Shown here piece after piece: positions 45,956 through 54,561 of a stretch of DNA of 58,922 nucleotides (position 1 is its first letter; each line of letters opens with the position of its first letter). The DNA comes from Selenomonadaceae bacterium (lineage in GTDB: Bacteria; Bacillota; Negativicutes; Selenomonadales; Selenomonadaceae). The position numbers were made by a program, and so were the translations under genes. The stretch covers positions 1-58,922 of the forward strand of contig JAZLHS010000011.1 of NCBI GenBank assembly GCA_045616885.1, given 5' to 3'. The notes beneath the pieces are model-generated. The model had not been told where the DNA came from, did not search any database, and saw only the letters and a program-made list of their open reading frames with translations.

Positions 45956-47113
45956 TCAAAGCCTATTTTTATCAAACGCGGTCTTAGCCTGACGGCTGCC
46001 CCATTCGTCATCTTCCGCAATGCCTTCTACATACCAGTCCATCCGGGAGATGATTGCCTGATCGCTGAGATTATGCCCGACGGGAATTCTTATATTTCCC
46101 CGGTTGTCCTTCACCGGGCCATAGAAAACATCCCGGTTTGTGTAGCGCAGCTGCCGTCCGACATTCTCGATTCGGGAGCGGCTGTCTCCCTTCACCGTCA
46201 GATTTATCAGCAGCCGCATATTCTCATCGATGGAGGCGAAGCGACAGCCGGGGGTAAATCGTCCTTCCAGCGCATCTTCAAGCAGACTGCGAATAAATGG
46301 CTCACTCTTCCAGATGACCGTGCCCAGCAGTACATCTCCATAATGTGCCTGCTGGTCGAGACACATACCTATAGCTTTTATGCCTCGGCGACGGCAGATG
46401 CTCAGCACCTCACGATATGGATTGACCTGCGTCACCACATCGACGGGATGCGCGGAGAGTACTCTCTCACAGGCGGCTGCCACCTTTGCTTCATCGTTAA
46501 AGGTATTCGTCCAGATTATATGTATCTTTGCATCAGGGCGAATTTTCCTTATACCCAGTGCCAGAGCATTGACCGACGTATTGATGACCGGCTGTGGCAC
46601 CGGTGCTACGATTGCTATATCTCCGGTCTTAGACTCGGAGGCGGCCAGCATACCGGCCTGATACTGAGCCTGATACATTCGGACGAAGAGCCCGCAGACA
46701 TTTGGAAACGTCCTCTCACCATAGCCGGTGTAAAACTTTACGTTTGGGTAGGCATCACTGACCTGAGCCATATCGATTGGCTGACGGACTCCCATACTGA
46801 AGATTATATCCGCCTGATCCTGATTAACCATCTTGTCCACAGCCGCCCCAAAGGAGCCATCATTGCTGTGCGCGTAATCCATAAAGACAAAGCGGCAGTT
46901 CATGTCGCTTATCTCCTCGAAGGTCTTCATCAGGGTCTCATTCCAGCCCCCATCATGACGACTTCCTTCAAAGATGACTCCGACCACTGTCTCGCGCTTC
47001 CGGAACATTTCCATCAGCCCGCCGCTGTTATTCAGCCAGTAGTAGGAGCAGGCAAAAGCCGCTGCACAGAAGGCAATGAGCAGCAGGGAGATTCCCGCCA
47101 TTATCTTCTTCAC
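45956..47113 (-). CDS. membrane-anchored BMP-family (PnrA/Med-like) periplasmic binding protein
   Basis: 385 aa. N-terminal TM anchor, then a BMP-like fold pattern (VGVIFEGSRHDGGWNE...). The GTG start overlaps the stop of the upstream sensor gene (GTGA at 47110-47113). An alternative ATG lies at 47101. Confidence 0.65.
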   Translation of the reverse strand: MKKIMAGISLLLIAFCAAAFACSYYWLNNSGGLMEMFRKRETVVGVIFEGSRHDGGWNETLMKTFEEISDMNCRFVFMDYAHSNDGSFGAAVDKMVNQDQADIIFSMGVRQPIDMAQVSDAYPNVKFYTGYGERTFPNVCGLFVRMYQAQYQAGMLAASESKTGDIAIVAPVPQPVINTSVNALALGIRKIRPDAKIHIIWTNTFNDEAKVAAACERVLSAHPVDVVTQVNPYREVLSICRRRGIKAIGMCLDQQAHYGDVLLGTVIWKSEPFIRSLLEDALEGRFTPGCRFASIDENMRLLINLTVKGDSRSRIENVGRQLRYTNRDVFYGPVKDNRGNIRIPVGHNLSDQAIISRMDWYVEGIAEDDEWGSRQAKTAFDKNRL

Positions 47114-49377
47114 TGACGGTCACCTCCGTATACGATTTCCTCGTACTCCAGCACCGTCACCGGTCTGGAGCAGCAGAAGCCCTGCACCATAGCGCAGTTC
47201 GTCGCCTTCAGCACATTTCGCTCGGCATTCGTGTCTACCCCGTTGACGATTATCTGTATGTCCATGTGCCCTGCCATCTCTACCAGATCCGACAGCAGCT
47301 GTATGGATTTTTCCGTCTCCGGATCCACGGTGGTCGGTGACGCCTGCAATACCTGACCGGTTTCCACCGTATTCATCACCGTCAGCCGGCCGAAAGCGGA
47401 TTTATCTACCTTCAGGCGTGATACCGGCAGGTCTTTCAGCTCCGGCAGCAAACCACCGTCAAAGCCGAAGTCTGAAACGGTGACGGCAAAGCCGGCCGCC
47501 CCCAGCTTCCGGACTGCTTCCTTTACCGTCTCCGACTGGAGCAGGAAAGCGGACTCTTTCACGTCTATCATCAGGTACGACGGCTCCACTTCGTAGAGCT
47601 TCATTATCCTGGTAATCTCCTCAATGAGATTGCTCCGTACCAGCAGTGCATGGGACAGTCTTACTGCTATCGGATGTACCCGGCGGCCGTCATTCAGCCA
47701 GCGTCTTATAATATGGCAGGCGGAGTCCAGCATAAACTTATCCAGCCTCGTCTGCCGCTTGCTTTCCTCCGGGTTGTCCAGCAATGCCTGAACATCGAGG
47801 ATTCCGTACTTTGAGTGATTCCAGCGCATCATCAGTTCGCTGCCGGCCCACTCGCCTGTAGCCATTGCTTGCATGGGCTGGAGAAGCGGCTGAAATTCTC
47901 TCTGAATGAACGCCTCCTCAAAATCGTCTCGAAGCGTCCGCTTTCTGGTGAGCTCGGCACTTACATTGCTGTCGAACATCACTACCAGATTTCTGTCAGC
48001 AGTCCGGTTCTTCTTTTGACGGCGAGCTGCCTCGCAGGCGGCGACTGCCCGGCTGTACCCCTCGTCCATTGTCAGATTCTCTGCCATACTGGCCGCACCG
48101 CCGGTAACGGTAAGAGGATACTTGCTGGAGGTCTCGGTGATAAGCTTGCAGAGAGCCATCAGCTTCGCCTGCGTGCCGGAATGCTCATAGGTATACAGCA
48201 GGAATCGGTCGCCGGAAGCTCTGGCCAGACTGTCTTCTGCATCTACGGCCTGCTCCAAGGCTATCGCTATCTTTCGCAGCAGGCTGTCACCGTATTCGAT
48301 GCCCATGATTGAATTCACTGCGCCGAAGGAATCAATATCAAAGAGCGCCAGCACAGCATTTCGCTTATTCGGATCCTTTTCCTTTTCCTGTCTGAGCTTC
48401 TCCCATTTCGGCAAGCCGGTGAAAGAATCTATGTAGGCTACCTTCAGCAGCTCTTCCCGTCGATGCTCTTCTACCCGGATGATGTAGAAGAATGCCACGA
48501 TGAACAGGAGCGCCAGCATGATAAATGTTCCCGCTGTGAAGAGTATCACTACGGTCATAGTTTCCCGCATGGCAGACTGCGGTACCAGCAGACCGGTGTA
48601 CCAGCCGCGAAGTATCCGGAAGGGGGCCGCCGCAAAATACTGAGTCTCACCGCCGCAGTCTACGCGGGCGATGGCTCGCTGCCCACGATACAGTGACCAA
48701 TAAAGGCGACCTATCTCATCAGCATTCTCTATGAGCCGCAGTTCTCTCACCACCGCCGCATCTTCCGGCGTCATCTTCATGGGGAATATATAGGTATGAC
48801 GGTCTTCCGACACCATCATGGTCTGTCCGAGCAGCGGCAGCGTGCTGGCGAAGAGAGCCTCGTCCAGCTCCTGTCCGGAGAGTAAGCCGTATACAACACC
48901 GGCTACATTGTCGCCCCGGATGATGGGCACCGCCAGCAGTAGCGAAGTAGTCTGACTCGCCTCTCCGGCTCGTACATACTCGGCAACGCGATGACCGTGG
49001 AAAGCATCCTGCAGGAAAGTCCTGGCGGTCTCCGGCAGCTGCGCACCGAATATCTCCCGGCCATCAATTGAAGCTGCTCCGATGTATCCCATGCGGGAGA
49101 GATGATCATCCTGACTGATGTAAACCTCCATAGCGCGATGGGAATTCTCAGCCAGCAGGAAGGAAGCCAGAGCCCGAAGGTGGACGAAATATGTTTCCAG
49201 TCGTCCGTTGATAACATCCTCCTGCTGGGCTGCCATATCAGCCAGCCGGTCATCTATCTCTTTGCGAACCACATTCACCAGAAGAATCTGCAGCAGCATG
49301 ATACTGACGAAAACAACCGCAGCAAGAGCCGCCAGCGGCTTGAATATATGAGAACGTCCGGTTGCCCACAGTCTCAT
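47110..49377 (-). CDS. sensor protein: TM, Cache-like periplasmic domain, TM, GGDEF (SGDRF), EAL-like (degenerate)
   Basis: 755 aa. GGDEF landmarks DSFTGLPKW and GIEYGDSLL, with the motif position reading ASGDRFLLY. The EAL region reads GSELMMRW, DVKES, SDFGFDGG, KVDKS, so several catalytic positions differ from consensus. Confidence 0.75.
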   Translation of the reverse strand: MRLWATGRSHIFKPLAALAAVVFVSIMLLQILLVNVVRKEIDDRLADMAAQQEDVINGRLETYFVHLRALASFLLAENSHRAMEVYISQDDHLSRMGYIGAASIDGREIFGAQLPETARTFLQDAFHGHRVAEYVRAGEASQTTSLLLAVPIIRGDNVAGVVYGLLSGQELDEALFASTLPLLGQTMMVSEDRHTYIFPMKMTPEDAAVVRELRLIENADEIGRLYWSLYRGQRAIARVDCGGETQYFAAAPFRILRGWYTGLLVPQSAMRETMTVVILFTAGTFIMLALLFIVAFFYIIRVEEHRREELLKVAYIDSFTGLPKWEKLRQEKEKDPNKRNAVLALFDIDSFGAVNSIMGIEYGDSLLRKIAIALEQAVDAEDSLARASGDRFLLYTYEHSGTQAKLMALCKLITETSSKYPLTVTGGAASMAENLTMDEGYSRAVAACEAARRQKKNRTADRNLVVMFDSNVSAELTRKRTLRDDFEEAFIQREFQPLLQPMQAMATGEWAGSELMMRWNHSKYGILDVQALLDNPEESKRQTRLDKFMLDSACHIIRRWLNDGRRVHPIAVRLSHALLVRSNLIEEITRIMKLYEVEPSYLMIDVKESAFLLQSETVKEAVRKLGAAGFAVTVSDFGFDGGLLPELKDLPVSRLKVDKSAFGRLTVMNTVETGQVLQASPTTVDPETEKSIQLLSDLVEMAGHMDIQIIVNGVDTNAERNVLKATNCAMVQGFCCSRPVTVLEYEEIVYGGDRQ

Positions 49378-49431
49378 GCGGTCATCCCCTTTCCTCTGTG
49401 CGAAATCAAAATGAACACAGTTATTTACAAT

Positions 49432-49459
49432 ATTATACTACGAAAAAACTATTTCACAA
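49432..49459 (-). promoter_or_regulatory. putative promoter of the Cache-GGDEF-EAL/BMP operon
   Basis: Minus strand TTGTGA (49459-49454), 16 nt, TATAAT (49437-49432). About 55 nt upstream of the ATG at 49377. Confidence 0.5.
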
Positions 49460-49501
49460 AAAGAAATTTAGCCTTTCAATTTCTTTTTCTGTACATAAAG
49501 T

Positions 49502-49531
49502 AGAGCGGCTCATCTCGCAATGAGCCGCTCT
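49502..49531 (-). terminator. perfect 12-bp hairpin, possible terminator of the MetH-activation-like gene
   Basis: AGAGCGGCTCAT-CTCGCA-ATGAGCCGCTCT. On the minus strand it is followed only by ACTTTATG, a weak U-tract. It lies 172 nt past the stop at 49704 and upstream of the 49432-49459 promoter. Confidence 0.4.
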
Positions 49532-49703
49532 GCTTCAGAAAGGGGGATGTTATGATGGGATAGTTTAAAAGGTTAGTGCTTTCAGGTTAGTACCTAAGGA
49601 GAAGTTATCTCTCTTTCGCCACTTTTTTCGCTGCTGATGTCATTGTAGTCGGGAAAACTAAAAATAAGCGGGAAAAAGCATTAGAGAATCATTAAGATTT
49701 TAT

Positions 49704-50366
49704 TCAGCCGCGTCTGGCCGGACAATCGAGTCTGTTACATTCGCTGCAGTTGTGTTCCGTCTTCTTGCAGTCCTCCGTCCTCAGTCCCAGTCCGACGACG
49801 GCCGTGACAGACTTTCGAGGAAGAAGCATTAGACTCTCGGTGAGTGATACTCCGATTTTTTCGCAGCCGGCATACCGCACGATATCACGCTGAGCTGTCA
49901 GCGGCCAATCGCCGTAGCCGGGTGAGAATCGCCAGCGAGGCGCCATGCCCATCCTTTCCGCCAGACGGTCTATCTCCTTCTCCATTGCATCTGCCGTCTG
50001 CTCCACCGCCTGAGTCGCTGCCGCATCCAGCAGCACCGAGTAGGCGTAGCGGCCGGCGGCAAAGCTCTCCGTCACCGCCTGCTCGATACCGCCGCCGACT
50101 GTCACCGTCATCAGTACCAGACGACAGCAGCCCTTCAGATGATTGCGAATACTGCTGCCTTCCAGCACCAGCTTACCGTCATCGGCAGTTCCCGTCGAAT
50201 CATCGTATTCATATATCTCGTAGTTGCCCTTCGGCAAAGCCAGCAGCTGCGCCCCATCGCAGGCCTCCTGTATCAGCTTCGGGTCAAAGGGGCTTTGGCG
50301 AAGTCCCGCATACCGGCGAACCTCGTCGGCGTTTATCTCACCCAAGGGCGGATTGAATATCGGCAT
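49704..50366 (-). CDS. stand-alone methionine synthase (MetH) activation-domain-like protein
   Basis: 220 aa. RFSPGYGDWPL resembles the AdoMet-binding RxxxGY motif of the MetH reactivation module. C-terminal CKKTEHNCSECNRLDCPARRG. Confidence 0.55.
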   Translation of the reverse strand: MPIFNPPLGEINADEVRRYAGLRQSPFDPKLIQEACDGAQLLALPKGNYEIYEYDDSTGTADDGKLVLEGSSIRNHLKGCCRLVLMTVTVGGGIEQAVTESFAAGRYAYSVLLDAAATQAVEQTADAMEKEIDRLAERMGMAPRWRFSPGYGDWPLTAQRDIVRYAGCEKIGVSLTESLMLLPRKSVTAVVGLGLRTEDCKKTEHNCSECNRLDCPARRG

Positions 50367-50431
50367 AGCAGCCCTACCTCATGCGAATTTGTTTCTGACA
50401 GATTTACTCACGGTCTGTAAAAACTATATAC

Positions 50432-50471
50432 AAAAAGCGTAGAATAAATCTTTTGGGATCTACTCTACGCT
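50432..50471 (-). terminator. intrinsic terminator after the DegS-like kinase gene
   Basis: The minus strand reads AGCGTAGA...TCTACGCT, an 8-bp stem with possible inner extension, followed by TTTTTG. Confidence 0.5.
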
Positions 50472-50500
50472 TTATTCATCATTTCTTACTCAGGCATTTC

Positions 50501-51766
50501 TTAGGCCTTAGCCTCACGGTCGGCCTTCGCTTCTCTTGCCTTCGTCAGCGAAGAGCTTCCCTTATCCTCTACCTTCAGCGGCAGACGCAAATGGACTCTC
50601 GTGCCGCGTCCCGGCGTACTGGCAACCGATATCTGAGCACCGATTATCTTCGCCCGCTCACGCATACCCGTAATGCCGAAGAAGCCCTCGCCGTCCGATA
50701 CCTTCATCCGCTCCTCGGCTTCACCGATATCGAAGCCGGCGCCCTGATCCTCGATGAGGACCGAGACGGCTGCCGTCGTAAAGAGCATCCGCACCTGAGC
50801 TACATTCTGCCCGCTGTGCCGCTCTACATTGTTAAGAGCCTCCTGAATGATACGGAAAATTCCCGTATTCACATGACTGGGCAGTGACACCTCCGTGCCC
50901 TCCACCGTAAAGTCGGCCTTCAGCATGTGACGCTCATCCATCTTCGCCACCAGCTGACGGACAGCGGCCACCAGACCAAGGTCATCCAGCGACATAGGAC
51001 GCATATCGAAGATTATCTGACGAATGTCGCCGAGGCAGCTCTTCAGCTGGCGACGAAGCTCCTGTATTCCCGCTCTTGCCTCTTCCGGGTCAATGGGAAT
51101 GAGGCGCTCGCAGATGGACGCCTGAAACAGCAGATTGGCCACATCCTGAGCCGGGCCATCGTGAATCTCTCGGGATACCCGATAGCGCTCATCCTCCTGA
51201 GCCTTGATTATAACAGCCGACAGGAAACGATTGTTGGACGCTTTCTCCATCTGGGCCACTACATCGGATATCTGAGAAGACAGATAACCAAGCACAGAGG
51301 ATATCCTCATGGCCAGCTGCTCTGCTCCGATGATGGTCTTCTGCATGTGATAGAGGCGAATCTCGCAGTCGTCACGCTTGCGGCGGAGCTGACGCTCCTC
51401 CTCACGAGCCACTCCGAGACGAACCTGAACATCTTTTACGGCATCATAAGTCGCTTTGATTTTTTCTTCGCTGAAGTTCCGGAAGTTTGATGACACTCGG
51501 ACGAGATTCTGCTTCTCCAGCTGCTCGGCTTTCTCCAGCTTATCGACTCGCTCTATGGTCTCCGCCGTTTCTCTGCGAATAGTCTCCAGCTCGGCTCTGG
51601 TATTTTCTACCTCGCGGCGAGCCGCTTCATACACTTCAAATATCTGGCCCTTGCTATCCTCTATTGTGTTGACCGTATTACGAAGGATGTCATTCAGCAT
51701 CCCTACGCTGGGCTTGCCATCCTCTACCGGTGCTGTCTCCGGTTTGCTGTTTTTCAATTCGGCCAT
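50501..51766 (-). CDS. cytoplasmic sensor histidine kinase, DegS-like (HisKA_3 + HATPase)
   Basis: No TM segment. Long coiled-coil N-terminus. H-box VSREIHDGPAQDVANL. HATPase N/G boxes (QEALNNVERH, DQGAGF). The ATG at 51766 follows GAGGAAACC. The ORF opens at 51811. Confidence 0.85.
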   Translation of the reverse strand: MAELKNSKPETAPVEDGKPSVGMLNDILRNTVNTIEDSKGQIFEVYEAARREVENTRAELETIRRETAETIERVDKLEKAEQLEKQNLVRVSSNFRNFSEEKIKATYDAVKDVQVRLGVAREEERQLRRKRDDCEIRLYHMQKTIIGAEQLAMRISSVLGYLSSQISDVVAQMEKASNNRFLSAVIIKAQEDERYRVSREIHDGPAQDVANLLFQASICERLIPIDPEEARAGIQELRRQLKSCLGDIRQIIFDMRPMSLDDLGLVAAVRQLVAKMDERHMLKADFTVEGTEVSLPSHVNTGIFRIIQEALNNVERHSGQNVAQVRMLFTTAAVSVLIEDQGAGFDIGEAEERMKVSDGEGFFGITGMRERAKIIGAQISVASTPGRGTRVHLRLPLKVEDKGSSSLTKAREAKADREAKA

Positions 51767-51840
51767 GGTTTCCTCGATTCCTCGGCAGTCTCTTGCGCCG
51801 CCGCCAGACAATATCTCCTACATATAGTAGGTCAGCTTTT

Positions 51841-51868
51841 ATTATAGCGTAAACCTATGATTTTTCAA
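51841..51868 (-). promoter_or_regulatory. putative promoter of the DegS-like kinase gene
   Basis: Minus strand TTGAAA (51868-51863), 16 nt, TATAAT (51846-51841). About 75 nt upstream of the ATG at 51766. Confidence 0.55.
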
Positions 51869-51962
51869 CACCCCATTTATCGCATATTGGATAGAAAATT
51901 AGTCCATGATTAGGAGAATTGTCCCCACATATATGAGACTATTTGCATTTGCCGGAAACGCA

Positions 51963-51991
51963 TTGACAAATCTATCCAATCTCCCTATAAT
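51963..51991 (+). promoter_or_regulatory. consensus sigma-70 promoter for the radical SAM gene cluster
   Basis: TTGACA (51963-51968), 17-nt spacer, TATAAT (51986-51991). It lies about 60 nt upstream of the rSAM start. Confidence 0.7.
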
Positions 51992-52049
51992 TGTAACGTT
52001 AGTTTATAGAACAGTTTTTGTGGTATGAGTGGTAAAAGAGGTTTTTTTC

Positions 52050-53141
52050 GTGGAATACAATGTTTACATGACAAACGACTGCAATCTCAACTGCGCCTAT
52101 TGCTCAGTTCTGCTTGATTGCGAGAAGAATGGCATCCCCATCCATCCAACTTATGAAGTTGAGAAGCTGGCTGCCTACATAGATAAAACCCAGCAGAAGT
52201 ACAACGACAACGAAGTTGTCATTTTCTTCTTCGGCGGCGAACCCTCTATGGAGTACGACCGTATCCGCAAGTATATGGAATGCTTCGACAAGACACTCCG
52301 TCCGAAATATGACCTGAAGTACATTCTTCACACCAACGGACTTCTCCTGAACGAAATCCCCGATGATGTGCTGGCCAAGCTTGACCTCTCCATGTATTCT
52401 CTCAACTATGAGATGTTCCCCCATGTAGGTCTGGCTGACTCCTACTTCCAGCGAGTCATGGACAACGCCCTCGAAGCGAAGGAGAAGAAGCCTTCCTTTG
52501 AAATCGTTGCTCGTCTCACCATCACTGAGAAGACCAGCTTCTTCAATGAGATAATGCAGGTCTATCCCTTCTTCGACATGGTCTACTGGCAGCTGGAGAA
52601 CACCCCGGCCTGGAAAGACCCGGAGTACTTCATCAAAACCTACAACTACGAGGTAAGCCTCGTCTTCCGTCACTGGCTGAAGGAGCTGAAGGCCGGACGC
52701 ATGCTGAAGTTCATTCCCTTCATGGCTGTCCTGAAGTTCATGTTCTTCCACGACAGAGACGACAATGAATTCCTCTGCGGCTACGACACTCACATGCTCT
52801 ATGTTCAGACCAACGGTAAGTGCTATGCCTGCTGTGACGCCATGGAGTCTCCCACCCACTACGTCGGTGACATCGAGAAGGGCTCCGAGTTCCGCGGCCT
52901 GAAGCTCTCCGACTTTGTCTGCAAGGACTGCGACTACCGCCGCATCTGCATGGGCCGCTGCGGCCGCATGCACCGCGAATTCACGCCGGAGCATATCGAC
53001 CACTATTGCCGGATGAACAAGCACACCTTCGACCTCTTCATCGAGCGCAAGGATGAGCTGGCACAGATTCTCAAGGAACATCCCGAATACGAGGCCATGC
53101 TCAGCGGCTGGGATCTGGACATCATGGAGTACACCTCCTGA
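52050..53141 (+). CDS. radical SAM enzyme with C-terminal SPASM-type auxiliary cluster motif
   Basis: CNLNCAYC (52080-52103). GGEP. C-terminal GKCYACC plus CKDCDYRRICMGRC (CX2CX5CX3C, 52920-52961). The GTG at 52050 lies 8 nt after AAAGAGG. The ORF opens at 52029, and an alternative ATG lies at 52068. Confidence 0.8.
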   Translation: MEYNVYMTNDCNLNCAYCSVLLDCEKNGIPIHPTYEVEKLAAYIDKTQQKYNDNEVVIFFFGGEPSMEYDRIRKYMECFDKTLRPKYDLKYILHTNGLLLNEIPDDVLAKLDLSMYSLNYEMFPHVGLADSYFQRVMDNALEAKEKKPSFEIVARLTITEKTSFFNEIMQVYPFFDMVYWQLENTPAWKDPEYFIKTYNYEVSLVFRHWLKELKAGRMLKFIPFMAVLKFMFFHDRDDNEFLCGYDTHMLYVQTNGKCYACCDAMESPTHYVGDIEKGSEFRGLKLSDFVCKDCDYRRICMGRCGRMHREFTPEHIDHYCRMNKHTFDLFIERKDELAQILKEHPEYEAMLSGWDLDIMEYTS

Positions 53142-53160
53142 TCAACACATAAAATTTAGC

Positions 53161-53192
53161 CCCCGATCCAGACAACGGATTGGGGACTTTTT
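53161..53192 (+). terminator. terminator-like hairpin between the rSAM and condensation genes
   Basis: CCCCGATCC-AGACAAC-GGATTGGGG (9 bp including one G-U), then ACTTTTTAT. Confidence 0.5.
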
Positions 53193-53237
53193 ATAGAACA
53201 GCGAAAACAGTAAAACTTAAAAGGATGAACGATAAGT

Positions 53238-54536
53238 ATGGAGCAGAAATATTATCCCCTCTCAAGAACCCAGAAGGAAATCATCTTCTTCGAGGATGAA
53301 TGCCCCGGCACAGCCATCAACAGTATCTGCGCCCTCTACCAGTGCGAGGGTGACTTCGCCGACACCATGGAAAAGGTCGTCAACAGTCTTGTCGAGCACG
53401 AGCAGTCTTTCCGCCTCCGGATGCACAAGACCGAAGAAGGCGAATGGGTACAGTATGAAGTCCCCTATGAATACTTTGCTGTCCCTCGCTATCCGGAGGC
53501 CGTGACCTACGAAAAGATGCAGGAGATAGCTCAGGCAAAGTCCGAAGAGCCCTTCGAGGTGGCCGACAGCCCCCTGTATAAGTTCGAAATATTCCAGGGA
53601 GAAGGCATCACCTACATCTGCTGCACTCTCCATCATATCATTAACGACGGCTGCGGCATGGCTCTGCTTGGTATCATGCTCACCTACGGCTGGCGTGCCG
53701 TCGAGGGCATCGCTCCCTACGAATGGGTACATCATCGCTTCACCGACTTCATCGAGAAGGAAAACTCCCCGGCTAAGCAAAAGCGTCGGGAAAAGGACGC
53801 CGCCTACTGGCAGGAAAAATTTGCCGACTGGAACGGCCCTGCCTGCATCAAGCCCGGCTTTGAAGCTCCGGATGATGCCTACGACGGCACCCGCATTGAA
53901 CGCCAGCTCACCGACGAAGAGGACGAGGAAGTCAACGCCTTCTTCGAAAAGCACGGCATCTCCTCCGCCGTCCTCTTCCAAACTGCTCTCATCATTTATC
54001 TTTTCACGAAGAATCCTGACCGCCGCCGCATCGACATCGGCAACATGATAATGAACCGTCCCACTGCCGCCGACAAGGCTGCTATCGGCAACTATGCCGC
54101 CGAAGTCATGCTCTGCGTCCCGGTAGCTCCCGACATGACCGTCATGGAGCTCATCGACGCTGTCGGTCAGGCCAATAAGGACTCCTATCGCCACAGCAGC
54201 TATCTCCACGACGATATCGTAGAATATCTGTCTGAAAAGTGCGGTGAAGAAGTCTCTATCTGCGACATCGAGTTCGGCTTCATGCCTTCTATGGTTGAGC
54301 AGCTGCTGGAAGATGTAGGCGGCGAGCTCCCGCTCACCGGTGAAGCCTTCAGTGCCGGAATCCCGGAGACTACCATGGAATACATGATATACAACCTTAC
54401 CGAAGGGCCCCTGCTTCTGAAGATGGACTACCGTCTCAATATGTTCTCCGCCGAAGAAGCCCAGCAGCTGTTTGATGACATCTGGAGCATTGCTCAGCGC
54501 TGTACCAGGGAGAACTGCACCCTGAAGGAATTCTAA
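53238..54536 (+). CDS. free-standing condensation (NRPS C-type) domain protein
   Basis: 432 aa. N-terminal YPLSRTQKEI and an intact HHxxxDG (HHIINDG, 53631-53651). No A, T or TE domains in the same ORF. Confidence 0.8.
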   Translation: MEQKYYPLSRTQKEIIFFEDECPGTAINSICALYQCEGDFADTMEKVVNSLVEHEQSFRLRMHKTEEGEWVQYEVPYEYFAVPRYPEAVTYEKMQEIAQAKSEEPFEVADSPLYKFEIFQGEGITYICCTLHHIINDGCGMALLGIMLTYGWRAVEGIAPYEWVHHRFTDFIEKENSPAKQKRREKDAAYWQEKFADWNGPACIKPGFEAPDDAYDGTRIERQLTDEEDEEVNAFFEKHGISSAVLFQTALIIYLFTKNPDRRRIDIGNMIMNRPTAADKAAIGNYAAEVMLCVPVAPDMTVMELIDAVGQANKDSYRHSSYLHDDIVEYLSEKCGEEVSICDIEFGFMPSMVEQLLEDVGGELPLTGEAFSAGIPETTMEYMIYNLTEGPLLLKMDYRLNMFSAEEAQQLFDDIWSIAQRCTRENCTLKEF

Positions 54537-54560
54537 AAAGACGGTGTAACCGTCTTTTCC
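54536..54560 (+). terminator. intrinsic terminator after the condensation-domain gene
   Basis: AAAGACGG-TGTAA-CCGTCTTT followed by TCC, with the T-tract partly within the stem. Confidence 0.6.
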
Positions 54561-54561
54561 C

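Noticed and set aside
49545-49566. Micro-ORF (MMG-stop) behind a strong SD-like AAGGGGGA, considered as a leader peptide.
   Set aside because: There is no downstream plus-strand gene for more than 2 kb that it could regulate. It is too short to evaluate.
51906-52028. 40-aa ORF (MIRRIVPTYMRLFAFAGNALTNLSNLPIIVTLVYRTVFVV) considered as a precursor peptide for the rSAM enzyme.
   Set aside because: It has no Shine-Dalgarno sequence. It overlaps and contains the TTGACA/TATAAT promoter, so most of it would lie upstream of the transcription start. It has no Cys/Ser/Thr-rich core. It remains only a remote possibility.
52104-54209. Long minus-strand ORFs (52104-53081 and 53262-54209) antisense to the rSAM and condensation genes.
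   Set aside because: The plus-strand frames carry the diagnostic CX3CX2C/SPASM and HHxxxDG motifs. The antisense frames are Val/Gly/Glu/Asp-rich shadows.
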